Shown: positions 10,348 to 18,381 of the stretch, piece after piece
Numbering within the stretch: position 1 is the first letter of the stretch
Layout of the letters: each line of letters starts with the position of its first letter
From: Candidatus Omnitrophota bacterium
GTDB lineage: Bacteria; Omnitrophota; Omnitrophia; Omnitrophales; Aquincolibacteriaceae
Assembly: GCA_035368605.1 (NCBI GenBank)
Contig: DAOSLF010000003.1
Coordinates: 889 to 64,888, forward strand
Direction: 5' to 3'
DNA length: 64,000 nucleotides
The notes under the pieces: model-generated
The model's database searches: none
What the model was told of the DNA's origin: nothing
Seen by the model: only the letters and a program-made list of their open reading frames with translations
Made by a program: the position numbers and the translations under genes

Positions 10348-11388
10348 TTATTTCCGCCTGAACGCGGAAAGATCGAACGCCTTCCACTCGTCGTAGGGTG
10401 TGCGGGAAAGCAGGGACGAAACGGCATCCGCGGGTGACTTGCCTTCGAACAACATCTTGTAAACCTCGGTCATGATCGGGAGCTGGAGGTCCGGATACTT
10501 GCGGGAAAGTTGATGGACGCTGAGGGAGGTCCCGATGCCTTCCGCGACCATCGCCATTTTCCCGAGGATGTCCCCGGTCTTCTTCCCCTTGACGAGTTCG
10601 CGTCCGACATAAAGGTTCCGGCCGTGCTTTGAGGCACAGGTCGTGAAGAGATCGCCGATCCCCGAAAGTCCGAAAAAGGTGTCCGGGCTCGCGCCAAACT
10701 TCACGCCGAGCCGGGCGATCTCGTAGATCCCGCGCGTCATAAGACCCGCCTTGGTGTTATCACCGAACTTCAGACCATCGCAAACACCCGCGGCGATCGC
10801 AATCACGTTCTTGAGCGCGCCGCCGAGCTCCACGCCCACCACGTCCTTCTGGACATAAATACGAAAGCGCGGGTCCTGGAAATGCTCCTGGACATAAGAC
10901 GCCACGGCCGCATCGTCGGACGCCGCAACGAGCATGGTTGGTATCTTGCGCGCGACTTCTTCGGCGTGGGACGGACCCGAAAGGACAACGAGCCGGACAT
11001 CTTTCCCGAGGACCTTGTGGACGATCTCGGAGGGCCTCAGACAGGTCCCGTTCTCGATGCCCTTCGCGACATTGACGAGAATCTTTCCGCGATACGGGAG
11101 CTTCTTCAGCCTGAGAAGGACGCTCCGAAGGTGCTGGGTCGGGACCGCGAGAACAATCACATTCGCGAACTCGACGGCTGCCCTGAGATTCGAGGTGATG
11201 CGAAGGTCCTTCGGCAGTCTCACACCCGGAAGGAACCTCTCATTCACGCGTTTGCGTTCGAGCGTCTTCGCGTAATCGGGAAAGACGGACCAGAGCAGGA
11301 CTTCGTTCCCGCGCCGCAGGTTCACAAGCGCAAGCGCCGTCCCCCACCCGCCGTCACCTATAACACTTACCTTGATCGGTTCAGTCAT
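10348..11388 (-). CDS. gpsA: NAD(P)H-dependent glycerol-3-phosphate dehydrogenase
   Basis: MTEPIKVSVIGDGGWGTALA... Rossmann GxGxxG N-terminus and full-length similarity to GpsA. Start set at the internal ATG (MTEPIK) rather than the upstream in-frame extension listed in the ORF track. Confidence 0.9.
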   Translation of the reverse strand: MTEPIKVSVIGDGGWGTALALVNLRRGNEVLLWSVFPDYAKTLERKRVNERFLPGVRLPKDLRITSNLRAAVEFANVIVLAVPTQHLRSVLLRLKKLPYRGKILVNVAKGIENGTCLRPSEIVHKVLGKDVRLVVLSGPSHAEEVARKIPTMLVAASDDAAVASYVQEHFQDPRFRIYVQKDVVGVELGGALKNVIAIAAGVCDGLKFGDNTKAGLMTRGIYEIARLGVKFGASPDTFFGLSGIGDLFTTCASKHGRNLYVGRELVKGKKTGDILGKMAMVAEGIGTSLSVHQLSRKYPDLQLPIMTEVYKMLFEGKSPADAVSSLLSRTPYDEWKAFDLSAFRRK

Positions 11389-11477
11389 GTTATTCACCGC
11401 TTTAAACGTTCTCATTGCCGGTACAGCATAACAAAAATCGTGACCTGGGACTTGTTCCCGGGGACAGATCCCCGCAT

Positions 11478-11903
11478 TCAGGGTTTCCTGCTCCTCAAAA
11501 GCGTATGCACTTTCACTTTCTGCCGGATCTCGTCCGGGATGCGACACGGACGCAGCGTCTTATCGACGAACACGTGCAGCGTGTCACCGGTTGTGATGAT
11601 CTTGTCCGTCCCTTTCCGGATAACCTGATACTGGAACTTGATCGAGCTCGCGCCAAGGTGACTCACGCTGGTCCGGATGATTAACTCATCGTCGTAGGTC
11701 GAAGGGGCGATATACTTGGCGTGCGCCTCCCCGACCGGGAGGAAGAGTCCCTTTTTCTCGCATTCGGTATAGGGCAGGCCGAGCGCCCGGAAATATTCGT
11801 TGCGCGCCGCCTCGAAGAAACGGAAGTAGTGGCCGTAGTAGGTGACGCCCATCCGGTCCGTATCGGCGTAAATGACACGGTATTCGTGATCAAAATATTC
11901 CAT
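11478..11903 (-). CDS. acyl-CoA thioesterase, hotdog fold (YbgC/4HBT family)
   Basis: MEYFDHEYRVIYADTDRMGVTYYGHYFRFFEAARNEYFRALG... is typical of the 4HBT/YbgC thioesterase N-terminus. About 141 aa. Confidence 0.75.
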   Translation of the reverse strand: MEYFDHEYRVIYADTDRMGVTYYGHYFRFFEAARNEYFRALGLPYTECEKKGLFLPVGEAHAKYIAPSTYDDELIIRTSVSHLGASSIKFQYQVIRKGTDKIITTGDTLHVFVDKTLRPCRIPDEIRQKVKVHTLLRSRKP

Positions 11904-11922
11904 TTCTGTCTCCCGGACCGTT

Positions 11923-13047
11923 TCAGCCCACACGGTTGAAATGGCTAAAGAAGCCTTTCTTCGACGCGACCTTGTCGCCCCGCTCCGCCGCGAGGGCTTC
12001 GAGAAGTTCCCGCTCGGCCTTCGACGGTTTCGAAGGCACTTCGACCTGGATCCGCAGGTACAGGTCCCCGCGCCGATCCGGCATGTTGACCGCCGGCAGT
12101 CCCTCGTGGCGGACTTTCACGATCTTTCCCGAAGGCGTCCCCGGCTCGATCGTGAGCTCCGTCTTGCCGGTCAGCGTCACGGCATCGGCCTTTCCGCCGA
12201 GCACCGCGACCGTGTAAGGGATCAGCGTTTCCGCGTAGAGGTCGTGCCCCTGGCGCTCGAACACCTTGTGTTTTTCGACCGTCACATGGATGTAGAGGTC
12301 TCCGCGGCCGCCCGCACCCTGGCCGGCCTCGCCTTCCCCCGTCACCCGCAACCGGGAACCATCCTCGATCCCGGCCGGAACATTCACCTGGAGCTTGCGG
12401 ACCTTGCGGACGCGTCCTTCCCCGCGGCAGACGTGGCAAGGTTTCTCGATCGATTCCCCTTCGCCGCCACACTTCGGGCAGGTCCGCCGCATCGAGAAAA
12501 ATCCCTGCGTGATCCTGACCTCGCCCCGGCCGCCGCAATCGGCGCAAACCTTCTTCCTTGAACCTTTTTCCGCGCCACTCCCGCCGCATTCCGTGCAAGT
12601 CTCGCGCCTCGGGATCTCGAGCTCCATCGCCTTGCCCGAGAGCACCTCTTCGAGCGTGAGCGTCACCGGGTATTCGAGATCGGAACCCCGGCGCCCGCGC
12701 GCCCCGCTGCGGCGACCGCCCCCGCCTCCGCCACCGAAGAAATCCTCGAAAAGATCGCCGAAGATGTCGCTGAAGCCGCCGAAGGAGTCCTGGAAGTTCT
12801 CGAAACCCGAGAAACCGCCGCCCCCGAGGCTGTGCCCGAACTGGTCGTAACGGGCGCGTTTGTCGGAATCATTCAGAACGGCGTAGGCCTCGGCCGCCTC
12901 CTTGAATTTCTCCTCAGCCTCCTGACTGTTGGGGTTGCGGTCCGGGTGGTACCGGAGGGCGAGCTTCCGGTAGGCTTTCTTCAGTCCATCCTCCGTCACG
13001 TCACGGCTGACGCCCAACACTTCATAGTAATCGCGCTTTTGTTTCAT
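11923..13047 (-). CDS. dnaJ: molecular chaperone DnaJ
   Basis: J-domain (YYEVLGV...HPD...), a G/F-rich region, and four CxxCxGxG zinc-finger repeats. Confidence 0.95.
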   Translation of the reverse strand: MKQKRDYYEVLGVSRDVTEDGLKKAYRKLALRYHPDRNPNSQEAEEKFKEAAEAYAVLNDSDKRARYDQFGHSLGGGGFSGFENFQDSFGGFSDIFGDLFEDFFGGGGGGGRRSGARGRRGSDLEYPVTLTLEEVLSGKAMELEIPRRETCTECGGSGAEKGSRKKVCADCGGRGEVRITQGFFSMRRTCPKCGGEGESIEKPCHVCRGEGRVRKVRKLQVNVPAGIEDGSRLRVTGEGEAGQGAGGRGDLYIHVTVEKHKVFERQGHDLYAETLIPYTVAVLGGKADAVTLTGKTELTIEPGTPSGKIVKVRHEGLPAVNMPDRRGDLYLRIQVEVPSKPSKAERELLEALAAERGDKVASKKGFFSHFNRVG

Positions 13048-13049
13048 AG

Positions 13050-13117
13050 AGTACGGGGTACGGAGTACGGGGTACGGAGTAAACGGTTTTGAGACTCCAT
13101 ACTCGGTACGCCGTACT
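13050..13117. repeat. tandem direct repeats (GTACGGRG x4, 15-nt period x2) plus imperfect inverted copy, immediately upstream of dnaJ start
   Basis: gtacggggtacggagtacggggtacggagta - aacggttttgag - actccatactcggtacgccgtact. The repeats abut the dnaJ ATG (3 nt away) and occupy the position where an SD would be. No GGAGG lies within 40 nt of the ATG. Confidence 0.6.
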
Positions 13118-13121
13118 GAAT

Positions 13122-13751
13122 TTAGGTGATCTCGTCCTGTTTTTCGGGAGGAGGGGCGGTGCGGACCCGGACCTTCGCGGCCCGCAGGAGCCGGTCGTGG
13201 AGCATATACCCGGTCTCCAGCTCGTCGACAATGACGTCCTCCTCTCCCTTTTCCTGGACGCGAGCCACAGCTTCATGGCGGTGCGGATCGAACTTCTCGC
13301 CGACCGTTTCAAGACGCGTGAGACCGTGGTTCCGGAGAATATCGGTCAGCTGTTTCTGGACCATCTGGATCCCGGTGGCGACGTTCTTGAAATTCTGGCG
13401 AAGTTTTTCCTCATCGGCCTCGGCGAGCTCACCGGCGGTCGTATGCTCGACGGCACGGCCAAAGTTATCGAGTACGGGGAGCATCTCGCGCATGATACGC
13501 TCCATGCTGAACTTGATGAATTCGTCCTTGTCGCGGAGCGCGCGTTTTTTCGCGTTCTCGAAGTCCGCCGCGGCGTGCAGGAACTTCTCGCGGAGCCCTT
13601 CGAGCTCTTCGACACGTTTTCTGAGCGCCTCGTGCTCTTCCGGGGAGATCGCGGCCTTCGGCGTCTCCGGCACCGGAGGGACGGAAGCCTTCGCGGGCTC
13701 TTCAGGATGGTCATTCTTGTGGTTATGCCTGGAGTTCGGAGTCACGATCAA
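13122..13751 (-). CDS. grpE: nucleotide exchange factor GrpE
   Basis: ...[34 protein letters not shown]... is the conserved GrpE core. The listed start is TTG and overlaps the hrcA stop (TTTGA). An in-frame GTG two codons downstream is an alternative start. Confidence 0.9.
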   Translation of the reverse strand: MIVTPNSRHNHKNDHPEEPAKASVPPVPETPKAAISPEEHEALRKRVEELEGLREKFLHAAADFENAKKRALRDKDEFIKFSMERIMREMLPVLDNFGRAVEHTTAGELAEADEEKLRQNFKNVATGIQMVQKQLTDILRNHGLTRLETVGEKFDPHRHEAVARVQEKGEEDVIVDELETGYMLHDRLLRAAKVRVRTAPPPEKQDEIT

Positions 13752-14530
13752 AACCCTTCCCCGGATGCAAAAAGCTCGCCGATCAGACCGGCTACCCGTG
13801 AAACAAGCGGGATCACCCGCCGGTACGGCATCCGTTTCGGGCCCAGGACCGCGATCACGCCCGTCCCGAGGTCCCCGGCCGAATACCGGGCCGTCACGAT
13901 CGCACAGTCCTCAAGGGCTTCGCTGCCGTTCTCGCGACCGACCGAGACCGAGACCTTCGACTCGTGGGCCTTCTCGAGAAGCCACTGCTTCAGGAGAATC
14001 TTCTCCTCGAGTGTCTGCAGCAACGCCTTCAGCTTGTGGATGTCACGAAACTCGGGTTTTTCGAGGATATGCGTAAGACCCTGGAGCGACAGCTTGAGCT
14101 CGTCGATCTTCCGGGAAAGATCCGGCTCGGGGGCCATCGAAAGCGAGAGACCGATCTCCCGCGTGACGGAGGAAAGAAGTCCCGAAACCCTGTCGAGGAA
14201 CGCCTCGATGGCGCGCTCCTGGCGACAACCCTGGCTGATCTCTTCCGCGACCCGGGCAGAGACAGTCTCCGGGAGCTCTTCATCAAAGGGCAAGTGGTCC
14301 AGATAATAACGGTATCCGTCATCGGTCGGGATACGTCCCGACGACGTGTGCGGATGCGACAGATAGCCCATTTCCTCAAGCACGCCCAGTTCGTTACGAA
14401 CGGTGGCCGGCGAACAGCGGAGTGAGTAGCGGCGGACGATGAACTGCGAGCCCACGGGGTCGCTCGTCTCGATATGGGACTCCACCACACTCCGGAGTAA
14501 ACCGGATTGTCTCGGGGTTAACGGTATCAT
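13748..14530 (-). CDS. hrcA: heat-inducible transcription repressor HrcA
   Basis: MIPLTPRQSGLLRSVVESHIETSDPVGSQ... has winged-helix N-terminus and full-length HrcA similarity. Start set at the ATG at 14530 (no SD). The ORF-track start at 14569 is TTG. Confidence 0.85.
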   Translation of the reverse strand: MIPLTPRQSGLLRSVVESHIETSDPVGSQFIVRRYSLRCSPATVRNELGVLEEMGYLSHPHTSSGRIPTDDGYRYYLDHLPFDEELPETVSARVAEEISQGCRQERAIEAFLDRVSGLLSSVTREIGLSLSMAPEPDLSRKIDELKLSLQGLTHILEKPEFRDIHKLKALLQTLEEKILLKQWLLEKAHESKVSVSVGRENGSEALEDCAIVTARYSAGDLGTGVIAVLGPKRMPYRRVIPLVSRVAGLIGELFASGEGF

Positions 14531-14588
14531 AGGGAGGGATATGATAGCAGAAAATGCTCCATTCCTCAATACAGTCCCGGGGTCCGGC

Positions 14589-15974
14589 TCAGGCGGCGGT
14601 GTCGCGGGAGGTAGTCAGGACGAGGGTGTCCTGAAGGGATTTTTTCTTCCTGCGGAAAAGCTCCAGGTCTTCGCGGGAGGCACGCCACGAATAGGACTTC
14701 GTCTGGGACAGGAAGAACATCAGATAATCCCAGTCCTTGTAACCGTAACCATGAAGGACATCCGCAAACTCACGGGCCGCGAGCTCCCAGAGATAAATAA
14801 CATCTGCATTGATGCCTCCGGTCGCGGAATAGACCTTCTGGCGGATGTCCTTCGAAGGGGCCGTCATATAGAGCGAATAATGGCACGGCTTTGAAGGTTC
14901 GTACTTCAGCATCACCTTGACACCGGAGAACGTGTTATAAATCCGCTCGTCCTGACCGATCAGCATCTGGATGCGCCGCGTAAGCTGAAGGGCAAGGAAT
15001 TCCCCCGTCGTCATATCCGGCACGTTGAACTCCGTATCCCACCGGTCCAGGCTTTTCAGGATCATATCCCGGTTCATCGGGAACGACGGATCGTCAAACG
15101 CGCTGGCCATCATCGCCATCGGGATGATCCGCGTGATCTTTTCCTTTTCGCCGTCGACAGACACGTGGAAAAGGTATTCAGGGGTCTCCGGAGGAATCTT
15201 CGCGCCTTTCGGCGTCACCCTGGTCTTCGCATAAACGACGACCTGCCGGTCCTGGAGTACGAGGCTCCGGATATCGAGAATCTCCCAGGACGCCTGCGCA
15301 CGTTCAAGGGGGTATCCCGTCGCGTCCTCGAAATAGAACTCTTTCATCCACTTGACGTCCTCCTGGCCTTTGAAATACCGCGGCTTGAGCTCCTGGCGGG
15401 TCATCGTGTTCAGGTCCGCGAAGAATTTCCGGACCGGCCGGTGCCAGAGGATGGGACGGTTCAGCTGGATTTCGTAAATGAGGCGTTTGCGGTATTCGCT
15501 GCGCGGAATGTCCCAGAAGCGGACCTTCTTCACATCGTCGCTCGCGCCTAGGAACATCATCTCCATCCCCGTCTTTTCGGTGTCCGCGGCCTGGAGGTAA
15601 TAAAAATCGATCTTCTTGTCGGTGGAGAGCATGACGCGCGACATCGAAAAGAGCATGTCCTCAATGCGGTCGATCGCTTTTTCGGTCGGCTGGAAAAGCT
15701 GTTCCATATCGGTCACCTGGCCGGAGAGGATGGCTTCCTTGAAATCCATCGCGAAGAGCTGATCGAGGGGGAGAAAAACGCCGAGCGTCGTTCCGTTGAT
15801 CCTCACGTCACATTGGCGGATGCCGTATTCCTTCTCGGCGATCGACGCGATCTCTTCCTTGACCTTCTCGGCCCGGTAACTGGCGGGCGTGCAACCGGCA
15901 AGGAAGAGGACCGTGAAAAGAAAAAGGGACAGGCTCGCGACCGGAGAGATCGGACCTGTCCCCTGTTTCCTCAT
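14589..15974 (-). CDS. hypothetical lipoprotein (461 aa)
   Basis: The signal peptide ends in the lipobox LAGC. No recognisable domain. The gene starts 7 nt after the ftsH-like stop, consistent with co-transcription. Confidence 0.7.
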   Translation of the reverse strand: MRKQGTGPISPVASLSLFLFTVLFLAGCTPASYRAEKVKEEIASIAEKEYGIRQCDVRINGTTLGVFLPLDQLFAMDFKEAILSGQVTDMEQLFQPTEKAIDRIEDMLFSMSRVMLSTDKKIDFYYLQAADTEKTGMEMMFLGASDDVKKVRFWDIPRSEYRKRLIYEIQLNRPILWHRPVRKFFADLNTMTRQELKPRYFKGQEDVKWMKEFYFEDATGYPLERAQASWEILDIRSLVLQDRQVVVYAKTRVTPKGAKIPPETPEYLFHVSVDGEKEKITRIIPMAMMASAFDDPSFPMNRDMILKSLDRWDTEFNVPDMTTGEFLALQLTRRIQMLIGQDERIYNTFSGVKVMLKYEPSKPCHYSLYMTAPSKDIRQKVYSATGGINADVIYLWELAAREFADVLHGYGYKDWDYLMFFLSQTKSYSWRASREDLELFRRKKKSLQDTLVLTTSRDTAA

Positions 15975-15981
15975 GATCCGC

Positions 15982-17640
15982 TTATACCGCCGGCGGGGTT
16001 CCGCCCTGCGTCAGATGGGCGCGGCGGGGATTCGCCTTGCCGTACTCCATGAAGATCGCCTCGATCTCGTCATAATCCAGTTCGTTCTTCTGAAGGAGCT
16101 CATGGGCGAAACGCTCGAAGATGTCCTTTTCCTTGCGGAGGAGCGTATCCACCTCGGCCATGCAGTCCTTCAGGATCTTGTCGACGTCCTGGTTGAGCCG
16201 GGTCTTCATCTCTTCGGAGAGGAGCTGCGGGGCGACCGTGTAGTCTCCCACGAGACCCGACGGCCCCATCCCGTATTTCCAGACCATCGCGTTGGCATAA
16301 TTCGTCGCCTGATAGAAATCACTCCCGGGCCCTCCGCCGACACCGGTCGTGGTCGTTCCGAACTTGATTTTCTCCGCGACATAACTCGCGACGCAGACCT
16401 TGATCTCGGCCAGCATCGACTCGCGGTCGTTCAGGTGCCATTCCTCGATCGGCGTGGGATGCACGACACCGAGGGACATCTTCCGCGGGATAATCGAGGC
16501 CTTGAACACGTCGTCGCGCGGATGCAAAAGGTACGTGACGATCAAATGGCCCGTCTCGTGATACGCCGTCATCTCGCGTTCCTTGACGTTTATGGTCAGC
16601 TTCTGCTTCACGCCGAGCTCGATACGCTCGATCGCTTCGGAGATATCCTTCAGCGTCACGGAATCGCGTTTATTGCGGGTCGCGATCAGGGCCGATTCCT
16701 TGACGATGTTCTCAATGTCGGCCGGCGACTTGTCCACCGCCTTGCGCGCGAGACGCTTGCAGTCAACCGAGGCCTCGTGTTTGACCTTGCCCAGATAGAA
16801 CTTGAAGAGCGCCTCGCGGCCCTCGAGATTCGGTTTCTTGATATAGACCTTCCGGTCGAAACGTCCGGGACGGAGCAGCGCGGGATCGAGTACGTCCTCG
16901 GCCGCGTTCGTGGCCCCGATCACGACGATGTTCTCGGTCTTTTCCCCGAGACCATCCATCGCGACGAGTAGCTGGTTTTGGGTGGTGTTCCCTTCCCCGC
17001 TCCCGAACTGGCTGAAGGTGCGGCGGTGCCCCATCGCGTCAAGCTCATCAATAAACACGATGCAGCCGCCGAACCCGTAGGCCATGCGGGCGGCTTTCTT
17101 GAAGAGTTGGCGAACGCGGCTTGCGCCGACGCCGACGAAAATCTCGTTGAATTCGCTCGCGGCCATCGAAAGAAACGGCAGCCCCGCTTCCGTCGCGATA
17201 GCCTTCGCGAGATATGTTTTGCCGCACCCGGGAGGCCCCATCATCAGGATGCCGCGAAGAATCTTGCCGCCGATCTTCTTGAGGCGCGCATGGTCCTTGA
17301 TAAGCTGAACGACCTCCCAGCACTCCTCTTTGGCCTCGTCGATCCCGATCACGTCCGAAAACTTCACGTTCACGTCCTTGGCCGCGATATTCTTCTTTTT
17401 CTCGAGGTTCCCGAGGTTGCCGCGGAACAGCACCATATAAATATAGGCGAAGACCACCGCATTGATGACCATGATGATCATCTGGAGCGGCAACTGCGCC
17501 AGCGTGATATTGCGGTAGTAGCTTTCAAGCGACGCCATCCCCCAGATCGAGAGGAGGATCAGGATGAGGGAGGCGGCCACGATCGCGATCTTGATCCAGT
17601 GATCCATCCAAAAAAGCTTCCAGCGACGGTATGATTTCAT
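15982..17640 (-). CDS. ftsH: FtsH-like membrane-anchored AAA+ zinc metalloprotease
   Basis: Walker A GPPGCGKT, an AAA+ core, and the HETGH (HExxH) zinc motif. Two N-terminal TM helices are separated by only ~25 residues, whereas canonical FtsH has a ~70-aa periplasmic domain. Start set at the ATG at 17640 ([11 protein letters not shown]), which has an AAAGGAG SD. The ORF-track start at 17649 is TTG. Confidence 0.85.
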   Translation of the reverse strand: MKSYRRWKLFWMDHWIKIAIVAASLILILLSIWGMASLESYYRNITLAQLPLQMIIMVINAVVFAYIYMVLFRGNLGNLEKKKNIAAKDVNVKFSDVIGIDEAKEECWEVVQLIKDHARLKKIGGKILRGILMMGPPGCGKTYLAKAIATEAGLPFLSMAASEFNEIFVGVGASRVRQLFKKAARMAYGFGGCIVFIDELDAMGHRRTFSQFGSGEGNTTQNQLLVAMDGLGEKTENIVVIGATNAAEDVLDPALLRPGRFDRKVYIKKPNLEGREALFKFYLGKVKHEASVDCKRLARKAVDKSPADIENIVKESALIATRNKRDSVTLKDISEAIERIELGVKQKLTINVKEREMTAYHETGHLIVTYLLHPRDDVFKASIIPRKMSLGVVHPTPIEEWHLNDRESMLAEIKVCVASYVAEKIKFGTTTTGVGGGPGSDFYQATNYANAMVWKYGMGPSGLVGDYTVAPQLLSEEMKTRLNQDVDKILKDCMAEVDTLLRKEKDIFERFAHELLQKNELDYDEIEAIFMEYGKANPRRAHLTQGGTPPAV

Positions 17641-17699
17641 GTCAGACAATTCTCCTTTTCATTCTTGGCCTTCAAACTTGGGAAAGCGGCCTGGGAAGG

Positions 17700-17745
17700 C
17701 GGATAGTTGGGGTATTATATCCGTAAGTATTTCCGTTTTATAGAG
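17700..17745 (-). promoter_or_regulatory. possible promoter of ftsH-like operon (perfect TATAAT -10, no clear -35)
   Basis: The minus strand reads ...cggaaatacttacggaTATAATacccc... (TATAAT at 17714-17719) about 70 nt upstream of the ATG. I could not find a -35 match. No sigma32 consensus or CIRCE was seen. Confidence 0.3.
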
Positions 17746-17801
17746 GTATTTTGCCCTTTGGCCCCTGTCTTAACCCGAAACTCCGGGAGGAAAGGACAGT
17801 C

Positions 17802-18311
17802 TCACCACCAGTAGTCTTCCGAGGGAGCGGCATTCGTCGCCGCGGTTTCCGGGGAGATCCCCGCAGAGACTCCGCCTGCATCGGTCATCTCGGCTGCGGC
17901 ATCGAATCCGGGGAGAACTTCCGTTCCAGCGGCTGTCTCCTGTTCCCAATAGCCTTCCGCAGGCTGCTCGGGGGAAACCGGCTCTTCCGGCGCGGCAAGG
18001 GCATCCGCGGGAACCGCGGGTTCATCCCACCAGTTAAGTCCGGCCGTTTCCCCGGGCATGGCTTCCCTGGCCGCTGGTTTTTCGGCCTCGGGAGCGAACG
18101 GCGGCGCCGTCAGGAAGGTATCTTTGGGATTGTATTTAACACTATAAAGAAGAGCTCCTTTTTTTCCGTCTTTTTCCTCTTCCATCTTCTGTTTATAGAG
18201 AATGCCGTCCGTTTGCGTGTCCCGGATCGGATCCTCGCTCCTCCGGATCGCGGCAAGATTCGGCACGGCAAGCACGATCACCAAGGTTAAAAACAGACAT
18301 TTTCTGCTCAT
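17802..18311 (-). CDS. hypothetical secreted acidic low-complexity protein
   Basis: MSRKCLFLTLVIVLAVPNLAA is a signal peptide. The rest is an acidic Pro/Ala/Glu-rich sequence ending in DYWW. The start could instead be the upstream in-frame codon at 18389, which would overlap the uvrA stop. Confidence 0.5.
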   Translation of the reverse strand: MSRKCLFLTLVIVLAVPNLAAIRRSEDPIRDTQTDGILYKQKMEEEKDGKKGALLYSVKYNPKDTFLTAPPFAPEAEKPAAREAMPGETAGLNWWDEPAVPADALAAPEEPVSPEQPAEGYWEQETAAGTEVLPGFDAAAEMTDAGGVSAGISPETAATNAAPSEDYWW

Positions 18312-18381
18312 GGATGCACCACGTAAAGAGTATCTGAAAAAACCGGTCCTGGCAAATCGCGCGGCGTCCGGAATACGGAGC

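Noticed and set aside
14541-14894. Plus-strand ORF with an apparently strong SD (AGGGAGGGATATG) antisense to the 461-aa lipoprotein gene
   Set aside because: The SD-like string is the reverse complement of the C-rich tract upstream of hrcA. The 118-aa product has no recognisable features and overlaps a better-supported gene. Likely fortuitous.
13748-17800. Search for a CIRCE operator (HrcA site) and a sigma32-type promoter upstream of hrcA, ftsH-like and dnaJ
   Set aside because: No match to TTAGCACTC-N9-GAGTGCTAA or CTTGAAA-N13-15-CCCCATNT was found by eye. A degenerate site cannot be excluded, so this is reported only as an absence.
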